NCBI GenBank assembly: GCA_047611865.1
Contig: JBLFWS010000001.1
Span: forward strand, 46,517-110,516
DNA from: Chlamydiales bacterium
GTDB lineage: Bacteria; Chlamydiota; Chlamydiia; Chlamydiales; JBDQID01
Direction of reading: 5' to 3'
Length of the DNA stretch: 64,000 nucleotides
Of this stretch, positions 38,640 to 48,870 are shown one piece after another. The notes under the pieces are model-generated. The model searched no databases. It was not told where the DNA came from and saw only the letters and a list, made by a program, of their open reading frames with translations. The translations under genes were made by a program, and so were the position numbers. Position 1 is the stretch's first letter. The number at the start of each line of letters is the position of its first letter.

Positions 38640-41588
38640 ATGGCCGACATATCGGATGAGATAAATGAGGTTTTGTCTGTCGTGAAGGCGCCCATTGAGC
38701 ATGAGGCGTTTTTTTCTCGAATCTATCTCTACTTGTCCAAAAAACAAAAAATAAATTTTAAAAAAAAAGATGTTATTACGAAGTTGGTGCGTGAAGAATA
38801 CCACGATCTTTCTTATTTGTTGGATAAAACGACAATTCAGGATAGCTGTGCCTATCGAAATAATTCCCGAACGCGAAAACTTGCAACATTGTTGGTAAAC
38901 GAAAAGGGGAAGCTTGATCAGGCTCGTCTCGAGCAGACTATAGAGTCATTGGAAAAGAACTTATTTTCCTTAGGTCCAGAAAGACAGCATGATGTTTCCA
39001 GGCAAAGACACATACTCAAAATTTTGAAGCGCTTGGCTTCCAATAAAGACGACGCCCTCTTGCTTCAGCGGATTAACCGGCCGCTTTCTCACCAGGGAGC
39101 AGAGAGCATTATCCGTGATACCTTGGGCCTTTCGGATAAGGTTGCTTTGAAAGATTATCATGCCAGAAGAGCGGCCCTTGCGGCATGGATGTCCTATTTG
39201 CGTCAAAATGTGGGGTCTTGTTTTGCGACGGCTCCTGCAATTATCATACATGGTGAGCAGGGGGATCGTTTTTTAAAAGATGTAGCAGAAATGCTGGCGA
39301 CAGGAAGATTAAAGAGGACGTATGGGGGAGTGGAATATTCGGTTCCTCTGAGTTCCAGTTGGGGCGTAGCCGACTTAAAGAAGCCTTTTGTTTTGACAAT
39401 TGAAACTCAAGTGGGGAAGTCGATAGGTTTTGTTGGAGCTTTTCAAAAGGCTGGGATTTTAAAACAAAAGCTAACGAAAAAACAGCTCTATAAAGCTACT
39501 CGACAAATGATTATGTCGGCCTATAATCTTTTGGGTAACAGGGGGGTAAGTCTCGTTACGACTCCTGAGGAAGTGATTCGAAAAGTTCTTCTTTTGCACA
39601 ATCAAATCACCGAAGATGACGTAAAGGAATATAACAACAGTTCTGGGGCTTCCCATTTTGCGAGTCTATTGGGGTATTCAACAAAAAATAAAGGCGCGGA
39701 CAAAGGCCAGGCTTGTAAGAATTTTCATCAGCAAATTGAGGTAGCTTACTCTTATTTTAAGAGTTTGACAGATAATGCATTGTTAAAGTCTTGGGAGTTT
39801 ACGATAGCTTCTTTTGCAGAAACAAAGGCGGTATTTGCCAGGTGGAATCTATACTCGAGTCTTGGACTGGCCCCCAATGATAGAGATGGAATAGGAAACT
39901 GTTTGTTTGAGATTTTGAAAGAGAAGCTTGAAAAATCCAATGACCTTGTCCATGAGATGGATGAGCAGTACGAGCGCTATTTTCTTCAGGTTCAAAATCT
40001 GGAAGCCAGGATGGGCAGGGCTGCAACAGAAGAGGAGCTGAAGTCTTTAAAGAGAGAGTATCAGACACTTGTAAGAGAGATGAATTATTACCTTGAGCAA
40101 CGGAACGCTGCTCACTCAGCGGCTCATCGATGGGCTAATCTTTTTGACTTTATTATTGATCAGTATGACGGGAAGTTTAGGGAGTACTTTCAAGAGGTGT
40201 ATGATGCTGATCTTTTGGAGGTTGCGACAGATCCTTATGATGACACACCAGCCGGGTTTCGTTTAGTTTTTAAGCACGGAAGAAGCAATACGAGCTCTTG
40301 GACGCAAATCCGGGATCACAATCAGTTTATCGACTTTTTGGCAGAATTTTTTTCGGTAACTGAGCGAGAGATTTCATCCTTAGCTGAAATGGAAGGAATT
40401 GAGCGGGATTTTGGAGAAATTGTTACGGCCATTGTGAGTCACATACGAACAAGGGCATTTTTGGAATCAGCTTTGTATCGAATGGCTGAGGCTCACGGCG
40501 GTAGAATGGTAGAAAATCCCATTGAAAATCTTGATCAGGTTGATAAAAAGCCTTGGGTTTATACTTCCGGTGGGACCATGAATCATTTGGTTAGTAGCTA
40601 CTATTGCCGTGAAGAGTTGCCGGCGACAGAAGGGCGTTTTGTAGATAATGAAACAGAGTTATTTGCTTTTCTTCTGGATACAATGAAATCTCTCCATACG
40701 AATGATACTCAGGGGTTTGTGGAAAATCCCGAGAAGTCCATGCTTATTCACTCCCCTACTCATGCGTTTGTGTTTAAGCCGGGGACAAGTCCTTTCGTTG
40801 AAGGGTGGTTGGATAAGGGTTATTCTTATACCTGGATTCGAGATCAAATTGTAATTCCTCAGCAGCATTTCATTAAGAATATAGATCTGGATCAGTACAT
40901 GATGCAGGACTTGATTGAAGAAATAGGAAATAAGCTAATTGAGCCTTATCGACATATTTTTAAAAGAGCCTTGAGTCATTTTTCTGGCATAAAAAGTGTT
41001 AATGCATTCAGAAGTGAAATCATTATGACGATGAATATGGAAACGGGGCTTCATGTTAGAGGAGAATATGTGTTGGAGCTGCATGAAATTGACAGTGTTT
41101 TGTATTCTATGCTTCCTATGCAACTTGGACACGAAATAGGACCTTGTATTCAACGGATAGTAGAGAGGATGACTGGCTTGAGTGAAGAGGTGAAGCAAGA
41201 AATGATGATGGTGTTTGGGGAGTTATCACATACACTTAATCGTTTTAAAGTTATAAGCGCAAAAAGGTTACAGGAAATTGTAAAGGCTCTTCTTTTACTG
41301 GTAATTCAGTCGCCCTCAACATCTGAAGATTTTCACGGGCAGATTTGTAGAGCAGCGCAAGACTTGGGTTTAGCCATGCCAAGGCCTGTGATTTTTGCAG
41401 ACACTAATTGGTCCAGGGATTTTTTTGCATTCGTAGTGAATCCAGGAACTTCAGAATTGGAGTTCTGGAGAGTCGATGCTATTGGTAGTGAGGGTATTGG
41501 GATGGTTAGGTGGAAAAAGTGGCTGGACGGAAGCGTCCAAAAGCCTGCATGGGGTGTTTATACTCGACCTTTCGAATACGGGGGATAG
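38640..41588 (+). CDS. Large conserved chlamydial hypothetical protein, possible papain-like Cys protease fold
   Basis: About 980 aa; YLRQNVGSCFATAPA, SPTHAF, FADTNW; central coiled coil; start taken at ATG 38640. Confidence 0.6.
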   Translation: MADISDEINEVLSVVKAPIEHEAFFSRIYLYLSKKQKINFKKKDVITKLVREEYHDLSYLLDKTTIQDSCAYRNNSRTRKLATLLVNEKGKLDQARLEQTIESLEKNLFSLGPERQHDVSRQRHILKILKRLASNKDDALLLQRINRPLSHQGAESIIRDTLGLSDKVALKDYHARRAALAAWMSYLRQNVGSCFATAPAIIIHGEQGDRFLKDVAEMLATGRLKRTYGGVEYSVPLSSSWGVADLKKPFVLTIETQVGKSIGFVGAFQKAGILKQKLTKKQLYKATRQMIMSAYNLLGNRGVSLVTTPEEVIRKVLLLHNQITEDDVKEYNNSSGASHFASLLGYSTKNKGADKGQACKNFHQQIEVAYSYFKSLTDNALLKSWEFTIASFAETKAVFARWNLYSSLGLAPNDRDGIGNCLFEILKEKLEKSNDLVHEMDEQYERYFLQVQNLEARMGRAATEEELKSLKREYQTLVREMNYYLEQRNAAHSAAHRWANLFDFIIDQYDGKFREYFQEVYDADLLEVATDPYDDTPAGFRLVFKHGRSNTSSWTQIRDHNQFIDFLAEFFSVTEREISSLAEMEGIERDFGEIVTAIVSHIRTRAFLESALYRMAEAHGGRMVENPIENLDQVDKKPWVYTSGGTMNHLVSSYYCREELPATEGRFVDNETELFAFLLDTMKSLHTNDTQGFVENPEKSMLIHSPTHAFVFKPGTSPFVEGWLDKGYSYTWIRDQIVIPQQHFIKNIDLDQYMMQDLIEEIGNKLIEPYRHIFKRALSHFSGIKSVNAFRSEIIMTMNMETGLHVRGEYVLELHEIDSVLYSMLPMQLGHEIGPCIQRIVERMTGLSEEVKQEMMMVFGELSHTLNRFKVISAKRLQEIVKALLLLVIQSPSTSEDFHGQICRAAQDLGLAMPRPVIFADTNWSRDFFAFVVNPGTSELEFWRVDAIGSEGIGMVRWKKWLDGSVQKPAWGVYTRPFEYGG

Positions 41589-41989
41589 AATAAGACTCCT
41601 AGTAATTTTTGGAGGGTATTTTTCAAAGTATTTTCTGAAAAGAGAAGAGGAAAACAGGTTTTTTGTTTTAGGAATATATTTTGGTGAAAAAAAAATGAAG
41701 ACAAGAAAATAAAAAATAAAAAAAAATACAAAGAAAAATGCTCTTAGAGCGTTCTACCGAGAGGGAAGGCGGAAAAAGGGGAAAAAAAAGATAAAAAAAA
41801 CTAGATAAAAAATCGAATTGTGTTTACAAAAAATGAACTTAGTTCCTATATATTCCGTATAGCAATTTGAAAAGATTGCTTTTGCCGGCGCTTTAAGGCC
41901 CCCAATAAGCAAATATGGCAGCGAGTCAGTTTAGGCGGGAATGAGAAGAGTTAAGACTTATAACGAACAAAAAAAAAATGGAGATTACC

Positions 41990-43282
41990 ATGGGCGTGTT
42001 AAGGTATTTGTTGCCAACGGTAGCAGCAGCTGTAGCGGTATCCTCATTCGGGTTTGCTCAGACACCGGATATGGAACGGGACACCGAAGCATTGAAAGAA
42101 TACACGAAACAGAAAAGATCTGTCTCAGTTAGTGAAAAAGGTGGCGACCTATCCTTAAGTGGTGATGTACGCTTCGAATATCAGAATGTTACAGAAACTG
42201 CAGATGGCGTTTCACAGCGTGGTTCTGGTACTGTAGATCCTAGCAATACGCTTTTTGGAAAAGCAAACCACCAATTCGATGTTGAAGTTAACCTGATGAT
42301 CGATTACAGAGCTGAAGACACATGGGCTTCTGTCAAGCTTGAGTTTGACAACAACAGCGGTGACACAACGACATTGTCAAACGGTACAACACTAGGTAGT
42401 GGCGGCGAAAGCGGCATTCATCTACAGAGAGCATTTGCTGGATACAATGTATTCGAAGAAGATACAGCTCGCTTTGATGTTGAAGTGGGTCGTCGTAAGC
42501 TATATGACTTGTTTACATCCAAAGTTCAGTTTGGTGGAACAATGGATGGAGCGGTATTGAAGTATGCTAACAGCCTCGAAGGTGTTGGAGATTTCTCTGC
42601 TACCGGCGGAACATGGATCGTTGACGATAGAGTAGATCAGTTTGCATGGGCAATGGAAGCTGGCTTGTCCGATATTACAGACACAGGCCTCTATGCTAAA
42701 TATTCTTACATCGACTGGGACAGCACAGGCGTTGACCGTTGGGGCAACAGGCCTGGTACTGGATCCGGCAACGGTATGGGAAGATGGTGGCAGTCAAGAA
42801 ACTCACAAGTTATGCTTGGATACAAAGTAGAGCCTGAAGTTCTTAACGTCGACGTAAACCTTTACAGTGGTTACCTTGTAAACCATGCTGCTAAGAAGCT
42901 TATCAAGACTAACAACAAGAAAAAGAACAAAGCTTGGTTCCTTGGAGCGCGCTTTGGTAAAATCGAATATGCAGGTGACTGGTCATTAGATCTAAGCTGG
43001 CAGTCAGTTGGAGCACAGGCAGTTTTGGATCAGGAAGTTGCTGGAATTGGCCGTGGTAACACAGCTAAGAACCACTTCACTGACTCTCTTGATGGTGCAA
43101 ATGCTGATACAGCAAAGAACGGCGCTGCTAACTACAAAGGTTACTCTGCTGAAGCCCTCTTCGCCCTTACTGATAACTGGACAGTTGCTATGGAGTATGA
43201 ATCTTCTAATGCTGCAGACCAGAAAATCGGTGGTAGAAATGCTTATCACAAATTGGAACTTGAAACCGTCTACAGCTTCTAA
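41990..43282 (+). CDS. Chlamydial outer-membrane beta-barrel porin (probably highly expressed)
   Basis: Signal peptide (SFGFA-Q), amphipathic strands, C-terminal beta-signal ETVYSF, C-ending codons against the local G skew, strong terminator; start after GGAG. Confidence 0.75.
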   Translation: MGVLRYLLPTVAAAVAVSSFGFAQTPDMERDTEALKEYTKQKRSVSVSEKGGDLSLSGDVRFEYQNVTETADGVSQRGSGTVDPSNTLFGKANHQFDVEVNLMIDYRAEDTWASVKLEFDNNSGDTTTLSNGTTLGSGGESGIHLQRAFAGYNVFEEDTARFDVEVGRRKLYDLFTSKVQFGGTMDGAVLKYANSLEGVGDFSATGGTWIVDDRVDQFAWAMEAGLSDITDTGLYAKYSYIDWDSTGVDRWGNRPGTGSGNGMGRWWQSRNSQVMLGYKVEPEVLNVDVNLYSGYLVNHAAKKLIKTNNKKKNKAWFLGARFGKIEYAGDWSLDLSWQSVGAQAVLDQEVAGIGRGNTAKNHFTDSLDGANADTAKNGAANYKGYSAEALFALTDNWTVAMEYESSNAADQKIGGRNAYHKLELETVYSF

Positions 43283-43314
43283 TTTTAGTTGATAGATAGT
43301 AAACAGTTTTTTAG

Positions 43315-43345
43315 AGAGCCCTTGAATCAAGGGCTCTTTTTTTTT
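43315..43345 (+). terminator. Rho-independent terminator of the porin gene
   Basis: AGAGCCCTTG-AAT-CAAGGGCTCT followed by a T run. Confidence 0.9.
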
Positions 43346-43472
43346 GTTTTTTTGACAAGAATATCCGGAAGAGAAAAAAAACAACCGTTCGTAAAAAGGA
43401 CTTGATGGAAATAGTTTTGCATCAGGGTAAATTTTACTTCACCGAGAAAGTATTAAAGTGTATTTTTAGTGC

Positions 43473-44909
43473 ATGATTAATAAATATGTTTCCAAGATTC
43501 ATAATTTTATCAAGAAGCAAGACGGTCAATTTGTTACTGGGGACGTTGTCAGTGTCGTTTTTCCCAAGAGGAAAAAAGTAACAGGAGCTGATGTACGAAC
43601 TTTGAAGCGCTGGCTGCAGCAGCACCCTGATCTTATACAGGTTGAAGATGAAGTGTGGGATACCAAGGAAAGAATTTTCCGAGGAGCACTATTTCGTGTT
43701 ATTCTTGATCCTTTTGAACTGGCTCTTCGAGCCTTTATACCCGGGCAAAGGATTATTCCGTATCTCAGTAGTTTTTTAGGTCACGGAGATTGTAAGTTCT
43801 GGGATGGTGAAGGAAAATTATTAGATGAAGCCTATAAGAAATTTTCGTTTGAAGAGGTTTATCCGTTCTTTTTTTTATTACCCATTGACATGTGGGATAG
43901 TGCGAATGAGGATTTTGATAAGTCTATAGTAGACTTTGATATGAATACTGTTGATGTGCCTCTTTATGATCTCTCAACGGTTCTTCCAGACGATGCTGAA
44001 GAAGGAGCAAGCCTCGTGATAGAGGCTATTTCTTCGAATAAGGGTGAATATAGAGTTAGGTATGTAAGTGCAGAAGAGACAGGTCACGAGCTTCTTCAGG
44101 CATCAATTTTAGATGCAAGTCTTGAGAAGGAAATGCAGAAGATAATGCAGCAGCAAAAATTTGCGATTATGTCTCCAGACATCTTGTTTTTTCGTGCTTT
44201 GGCTAGTTTGGGAACGGACTTAAAAAGAGTACCTGGGCATTCAATTTCTGATCTTGTGATAGCTTCAAAACTTTTTGCCTTGCATAGAAGCTCCACAGGG
44301 CTTGTATCTATTGGGCTAGAGGGTATGGCCTCTGAATCTGATTGGGAGCCCATGAACGGCTTTGAAGAGGACGTAGATGGGGTGTTTGAGAGCTTGGATG
44401 ATATATTCTCAGATTTTGAATTAAGCCTTAGCAGGGTTGAGTTGGAATCTCTAGCATATGGTGCGATATTTTTAGATTGGGACAACGAAGAATTACTCAA
44501 GCACCTCTTACCCGAAAGGGTTATGAGTTTACTATACCCTGAAGAGTTGAAAACTGTTGATGAAGAGATAACAAAACTCTTCTTAAAAGTACGTCGTAAT
44601 ATTTCTAAGAAGGAATGGAGTGAGGAAAAGCAGAGGTTTATATGTGAGATAACTTTATTTTATTTTGGAAATATCGATACGCTTCGGAAAATAGACGAGG
44701 CTCAAATTTCTTTAGAAAAGGGTTTAGAGCAATCGCTTATAGACAATGCTGAAATTACCTGGTTGCTGATGTCAATGCTATGGTTGCTTGTGGATGATGA
44801 GACATCATCAGTTCCGTCTGAGATAGAGCAACTAATGGATATGGCCAGTACGTCTAACAATTCCCTAAGAGAAGTCTTGGCTGATTACCTTAGCGCATCC
44901 CTGCAATAG
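43473..44909 (+). CDS. Acidic hypothetical protein
   Basis: 478-aa ORF, no motif recognised. Confidence 0.7.
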   Translation: MINKYVSKIHNFIKKQDGQFVTGDVVSVVFPKRKKVTGADVRTLKRWLQQHPDLIQVEDEVWDTKERIFRGALFRVILDPFELALRAFIPGQRIIPYLSSFLGHGDCKFWDGEGKLLDEAYKKFSFEEVYPFFFLLPIDMWDSANEDFDKSIVDFDMNTVDVPLYDLSTVLPDDAEEGASLVIEAISSNKGEYRVRYVSAEETGHELLQASILDASLEKEMQKIMQQQKFAIMSPDILFFRALASLGTDLKRVPGHSISDLVIASKLFALHRSSTGLVSIGLEGMASESDWEPMNGFEEDVDGVFESLDDIFSDFELSLSRVELESLAYGAIFLDWDNEELLKHLLPERVMSLLYPEELKTVDEEITKLFLKVRRNISKKEWSEEKQRFICEITLFYFGNIDTLRKIDEAQISLEKGLEQSLIDNAEITWLLMSMLWLLVDDETSSVPSEIEQLMDMASTSNNSLREVLADYLSASLQ

Positions 44910-45039
44910 CCGATCTGGAATAAAGGGATATTTAGAAAGCTTTATTTTTAGCATTTTGTTATTTATGGATATTGGCTTTTGCTATTATTTTTTATCGTAG
45001 GGCGGCAAGGAAAAATCGAATTCTCTGGAGGGATCTTTA

Positions 45040-45762
45040 ATGGAAGTGCCAAGTGCAGATGTTACCGAGGAAACTCTTCGTCAAATGGTGGGAGTGCCGA
45101 TCCTAGGCCCTAAAGAGTGGATGGATCAAGTTTATGAAGAGGCTTTTACAAAAGCCTTTGAGTATATACTTTATACTGGGGATTTTTGTGGTGATATCCT
45201 AGAATTTGGTACGTTCAGGGGTTATACTGCTCATATTCTGGCCAGAATAATGAGGGGTTGTAATTTTAATGGTCAGCTATGGCTCTACGATTCATTTGAA
45301 GGTTTACCAGAAATATCTAATTCTAATGACTCAGAATGTTATCTCAATAAAAAGGGTGATTGGGTTACTGGAGGGATGAGCCTTCCTAGAGGTTTTGAAC
45401 AATATATTTCTGAGTCTTTGGAAAATATTATTTCTAAAAATTCCTTTTCAATAGTTAAGGGTTACTTTGAAAAAACTATGGAGAAGAACTTGACGAATGA
45501 AAAAGCAGTCCTTGTTCATTTGGATTGTGATCTCTTTTCGTCATCGAAATATGTTTTGGAAAAGCTAATAGAAAAAGATGTTTTACAGGATGGGACTTTG
45601 CTTTATTGCGATGACTATAACTGTAACAGATCTAACCTTAGGATGGGGCAAAGAGGTGCATTGTCTGCTGTATTTACGGATAGCTGCCGCTTTACTTATT
45701 CAGAGTATATTTCTTATGGTTGGTTTGGGAAAGCTTTCTTTATTCATGACAAAGAGGCCTAG
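45040..45762 (+). CDS. TylF/MycF/NovP-family O-methyltransferase
   Basis: GDILEFGTFRG, YDSFEGLP, VKGYF, VHLDCDL, DDY. Confidence 0.88.
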   Translation: MEVPSADVTEETLRQMVGVPILGPKEWMDQVYEEAFTKAFEYILYTGDFCGDILEFGTFRGYTAHILARIMRGCNFNGQLWLYDSFEGLPEISNSNDSECYLNKKGDWVTGGMSLPRGFEQYISESLENIISKNSFSIVKGYFEKTMEKNLTNEKAVLVHLDCDLFSSSKYVLEKLIEKDVLQDGTLLYCDDYNCNRSNLRMGQRGALSAVFTDSCRFTYSEYISYGWFGKAFFIHDKEA

Positions 45763-45884
45763 GTCCTGTTTTCAATCGGACCCAACTCACTTGCTTGTCT
45801 AAGTATGGAGAGTTATGACCAGTCCCAAATCAAAACAAAATGCTCTTAAAATCAGGCATCCCTTAATTTTAATACACGACCTAG
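45759..45884. mobile_element. Short MITE-like element with CTAG-bounded imperfect inverted repeats
   Basis: Left CTAGGTCCTGTTTTCAA versus right end (reverse complement) CTAGGTCGTGTATTAAA. Confidence 0.55.
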
Positions 45885-45910
45885 ATTTCAAGTGTCTGGA
45901 GTAGGGGGAA

Positions 45911-46777
45911 TCAACTGGTGTAAGAGTCTATTCTGTTAAACCATCCTTTTAACCATCGGTGTTCATTGCGTTCTTTGGGAGAGTTTTGAACCCGGAGTTT
46001 TAGGACTTTTTTCGCTGAAAGTGCAAAGGCTTTTACGGGATCTTCTTTACTGAGTTTGTCATCCATATTATTTAGAACCTGTAGCAAGCCCCATCCCTGT
46101 TTATTGTAACTTTCTTTTGCCGAGTAACCCTCTCCTTTAAAGTTAACATAGTCAATAAGAGCATATAGTCCTTTTGGCGCATTGGCGACAAGGAAGAAAT
46201 TTTGAGAGATGTGGTTTTTTTGTTTTTTGGGAAGTTTCTGGGTAATTTGTGGTAGCGTTTTCTCTAAACGTTTTGTAATGAACACAGCTTGGAGGTCCAT
46301 TGTGTTGTAGAGGAGTTGGCGAAGTTCATTCATTTTACGGCCGTGGAATTCATTTTTAAATGCAGCCCGAGTTTTCCAAGGGCAATATCGAGAGGTTTCT
46401 AACCAGCGTGGAAGTTTGACGCCCTCTTCTTTTAAGAATTCCAGTAGTTGAGGAAATCGTTCTTTAAAAGGACCTTTATAAGCTTTTGGATACCAGATAA
46501 AGTGACCTATTCCTAGGGAGGGGAAGCTTTCATTTTGGCTCCAAAAGGTTAGGTTGTGAACTTTGTTTCCACATTCATTTTTCCATATAAGTTTGCCGAT
46601 TTCGAGGGCTTTTTCTTTAGAGATATTTAAGTGCGCTTGTTTTTTGTTGTGCTCAACTGAAATTTCAGATTGTTTTACGAGAGATCCCGTGTCCCTGGTT
46701 TTTACTTGGCACCCGTAGGGCAGGAAAAGGAAAAGTGTTTGGATGGCTACAAGAGATGCTGTTCTGAGATATTTCAT
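45911..46777 (-). CDS. Basic exported lipoprotein of unknown function, possibly lysozyme-like
   Basis: Lipobox-like PYGC; IWKNECG, SLGIGHFIW, C-terminal GWFNRI. Confidence 0.55.
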   Translation of the reverse strand: MKYLRTASLVAIQTLFLFLPYGCQVKTRDTGSLVKQSEISVEHNKKQAHLNISKEKALEIGKLIWKNECGNKVHNLTFWSQNESFPSLGIGHFIWYPKAYKGPFKERFPQLLEFLKEEGVKLPRWLETSRYCPWKTRAAFKNEFHGRKMNELRQLLYNTMDLQAVFITKRLEKTLPQITQKLPKKQKNHISQNFFLVANAPKGLYALIDYVNFKGEGYSAKESYNKQGWGLLQVLNNMDDKLSKEDPVKAFALSAKKVLKLRVQNSPKERNEHRWLKGWFNRIDSYTS

Positions 46778-46783
46778 AAGGGC

Positions 46784-48535
46784 TTAGTCGTGGTGGGGTT
46801 TTCGAATTGGACCAAAAGAGATGCTTACAGACCAAGGGAAGCCTTTTAGTAAATCAATAAGTTTACCCGATTCAGGATGCAGAGGTTTTTCATCAATGGT
46901 GACGGGAATGATGAAGTAGGAGGTGTGCTCGAAGAATTCGTGGAATTCTTCCATATATTTTTTCATCACGTTGTTATTGTCTTCGTTTACTTTTGTAAAA
47001 ATACAGACAGTGAATCCTTTGTCCAGGCCTGCTTTGGCGATGTTACAAACTTTTTCTCTTTCCTCTTCGAGGTAGTGAGGGGGAATCAGAACGACTCGGA
47101 AAAGTCTAAAAAATCTTTTCATCCAGATGTTTTTATATCGGTCGCTTTCAATGAGAAATCGCAAGGGGGGTCTCTGGATGCTTGTTAAAAGTAATGTATC
47201 AATCCAGGAGGAGGGGCGGTCACAAAGGATGAGTGAGGGAGATTTGGTGGGGACATTGTCGTAGCCAGAAACGTTAAGATTGAAAAATATTTTAGACAGC
47301 GTGTGAGAAGAAAAGCGTAAAAAGAAATCCAGAGTTGCCATCGTAATGGCAATTGTAATGCCTAGGCAGATAAAGCTCATGATGAGGAAGCCTTTCGCTG
47401 CTTGTAAATGCAGAATTTCACTCAAAATATAGATGAGAGCCGATGCACATAGAACACCAACGAAGCCGAGGAAATTGGTGGCGGCGACCATTTGCCCCCT
47501 TGCATGATCAGGACTGAAGGCTTGAATAAATGAGTCGAAAGGAACAACCCAGATGCCTCCAAAAAGTCCTGTTAAAATAACGACGGGGATGACAACGGAT
47601 AGTTTTGTGGAAAAGAAGTAGAGAAGAAAGCAACAAATAACCATTCCCAATCCTGCAAATGGAGCGAGACCTAATTCTACATGTGAGCCTGAAAGCTTTC
47701 CTGCAATAGCGGAGCCTGTTCCAATTCCAATCGCGGTTATTAGAAAGAGGTAGCTTCCTTGTACGTCTGTCAGTTCGAGCGATTGTATAGCAAAGGGAAT
47801 GATATTGAGCTGCATGTATGCGCCCATAAAGAGAAAAAAGGCAGATCCCCACATGGCACAATAGAGGCGATTATGTTGTCTGGCACTTTTCAAAGTTGTG
47901 TATACTTCAGATAGAAAGAAGTCGAATTTTTTTTTGGCTCCTGCCGGAGGAGTGAATTCAATTTGGAGGCTTGTCCAAAGCCCTATAATTGCGATAAGGG
48001 TGCAGATGAGTGATGCGACTATGAAGTTTCTTCCGGAGACTTCGGTGAGAAAGCCAGCCAGAAAGGTTCCCACGATAATGGCAAGGAAGGTGAAAGTGGT
48101 AAGTAGTCCATTTGCTTGGGAGAGTCGTTCATAGCTTACAAGCTCAGGTACGATGCCGTATTTAGAGGGGCTGAAGATGGCACTTTGGGTAGCCATAAGA
48201 AAAAGGATGGAGTAGGCACCTACAGAGCTACCGAGAAAAAAAGCAAGAACACCTAAAGACATTACCAATATTTCGAGGGCTTTGCTGAAAACGATGATGT
48301 TGCGTTTGCTGAAGCGGTCAGCAAGTTTTCCGGAGGGGGTGGAGAAGAGAAGAAAGGGGATAACGAATATTCCGCCGGCATAAGCCATGATACGAGGGCT
48401 TTCGTTAACGCCTTGCATATCGATAAGGAAAAATATAATTAGAAATTTGAATACATTATCGTTCAATGCACCAAGAAATTGTGTGGCATTGAGGTAGGTA
48501 AAAGAGCTTGAGAATTTTCCGGAGAGGAGTTTCAT
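46784..48535 (-). CDS. MFS transporter fused to a degenerate acyltransferase domain (LplT/Aas-like)
   Basis: TQFLGALNDN, GKLADRFSKR, QSAIFSPSKYGIVPE; C-terminal PlsC-like domain. Confidence 0.9.
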   Translation of the reverse strand: MKLLSGKFSSSFTYLNATQFLGALNDNVFKFLIIFFLIDMQGVNESPRIMAYAGGIFVIPFLLFSTPSGKLADRFSKRNIIVFSKALEILVMSLGVLAFFLGSSVGAYSILFLMATQSAIFSPSKYGIVPELVSYERLSQANGLLTTFTFLAIIVGTFLAGFLTEVSGRNFIVASLICTLIAIIGLWTSLQIEFTPPAGAKKKFDFFLSEVYTTLKSARQHNRLYCAMWGSAFFLFMGAYMQLNIIPFAIQSLELTDVQGSYLFLITAIGIGTGSAIAGKLSGSHVELGLAPFAGLGMVICCFLLYFFSTKLSVVIPVVILTGLFGGIWVVPFDSFIQAFSPDHARGQMVAATNFLGFVGVLCASALIYILSEILHLQAAKGFLIMSFICLGITIAITMATLDFFLRFSSHTLSKIFFNLNVSGYDNVPTKSPSLILCDRPSSWIDTLLLTSIQRPPLRFLIESDRYKNIWMKRFFRLFRVVLIPPHYLEEEREKVCNIAKAGLDKGFTVCIFTKVNEDNNNVMKKYMEEFHEFFEHTSYFIIPVTIDEKPLHPESGKLIDLLKGFPWSVSISFGPIRKPHHD

Positions 48536-48870
48536 GTTTTAAGCCGTTTGTATTTCTGTTGGGATAATAGCGAGCAAAATATTAGTTTCCCCATGGTAGG
48601 AAATAGTGAAAATATTTTATCACATGAAGATATGAGTGTCGAGAGTAGAATTTTCCCTATAAAAGAATGGAGGGGTTTCTATCTTAATATTATTAATGAG
48701 CTAATTATTGACATTAGAATATATCTTAAGATGGGTAATAGTACATTAGTAATAGAGCAAAAAGCAAGGTTTTAAAGTGTTTGATGAAGGGAGCTTTTTG
48801 CTGCGATGAATTTCATTACGAGCTATTCTTGAAACCCAATGGGCTAAATTAATCTTTTTCAGGAATTCTC

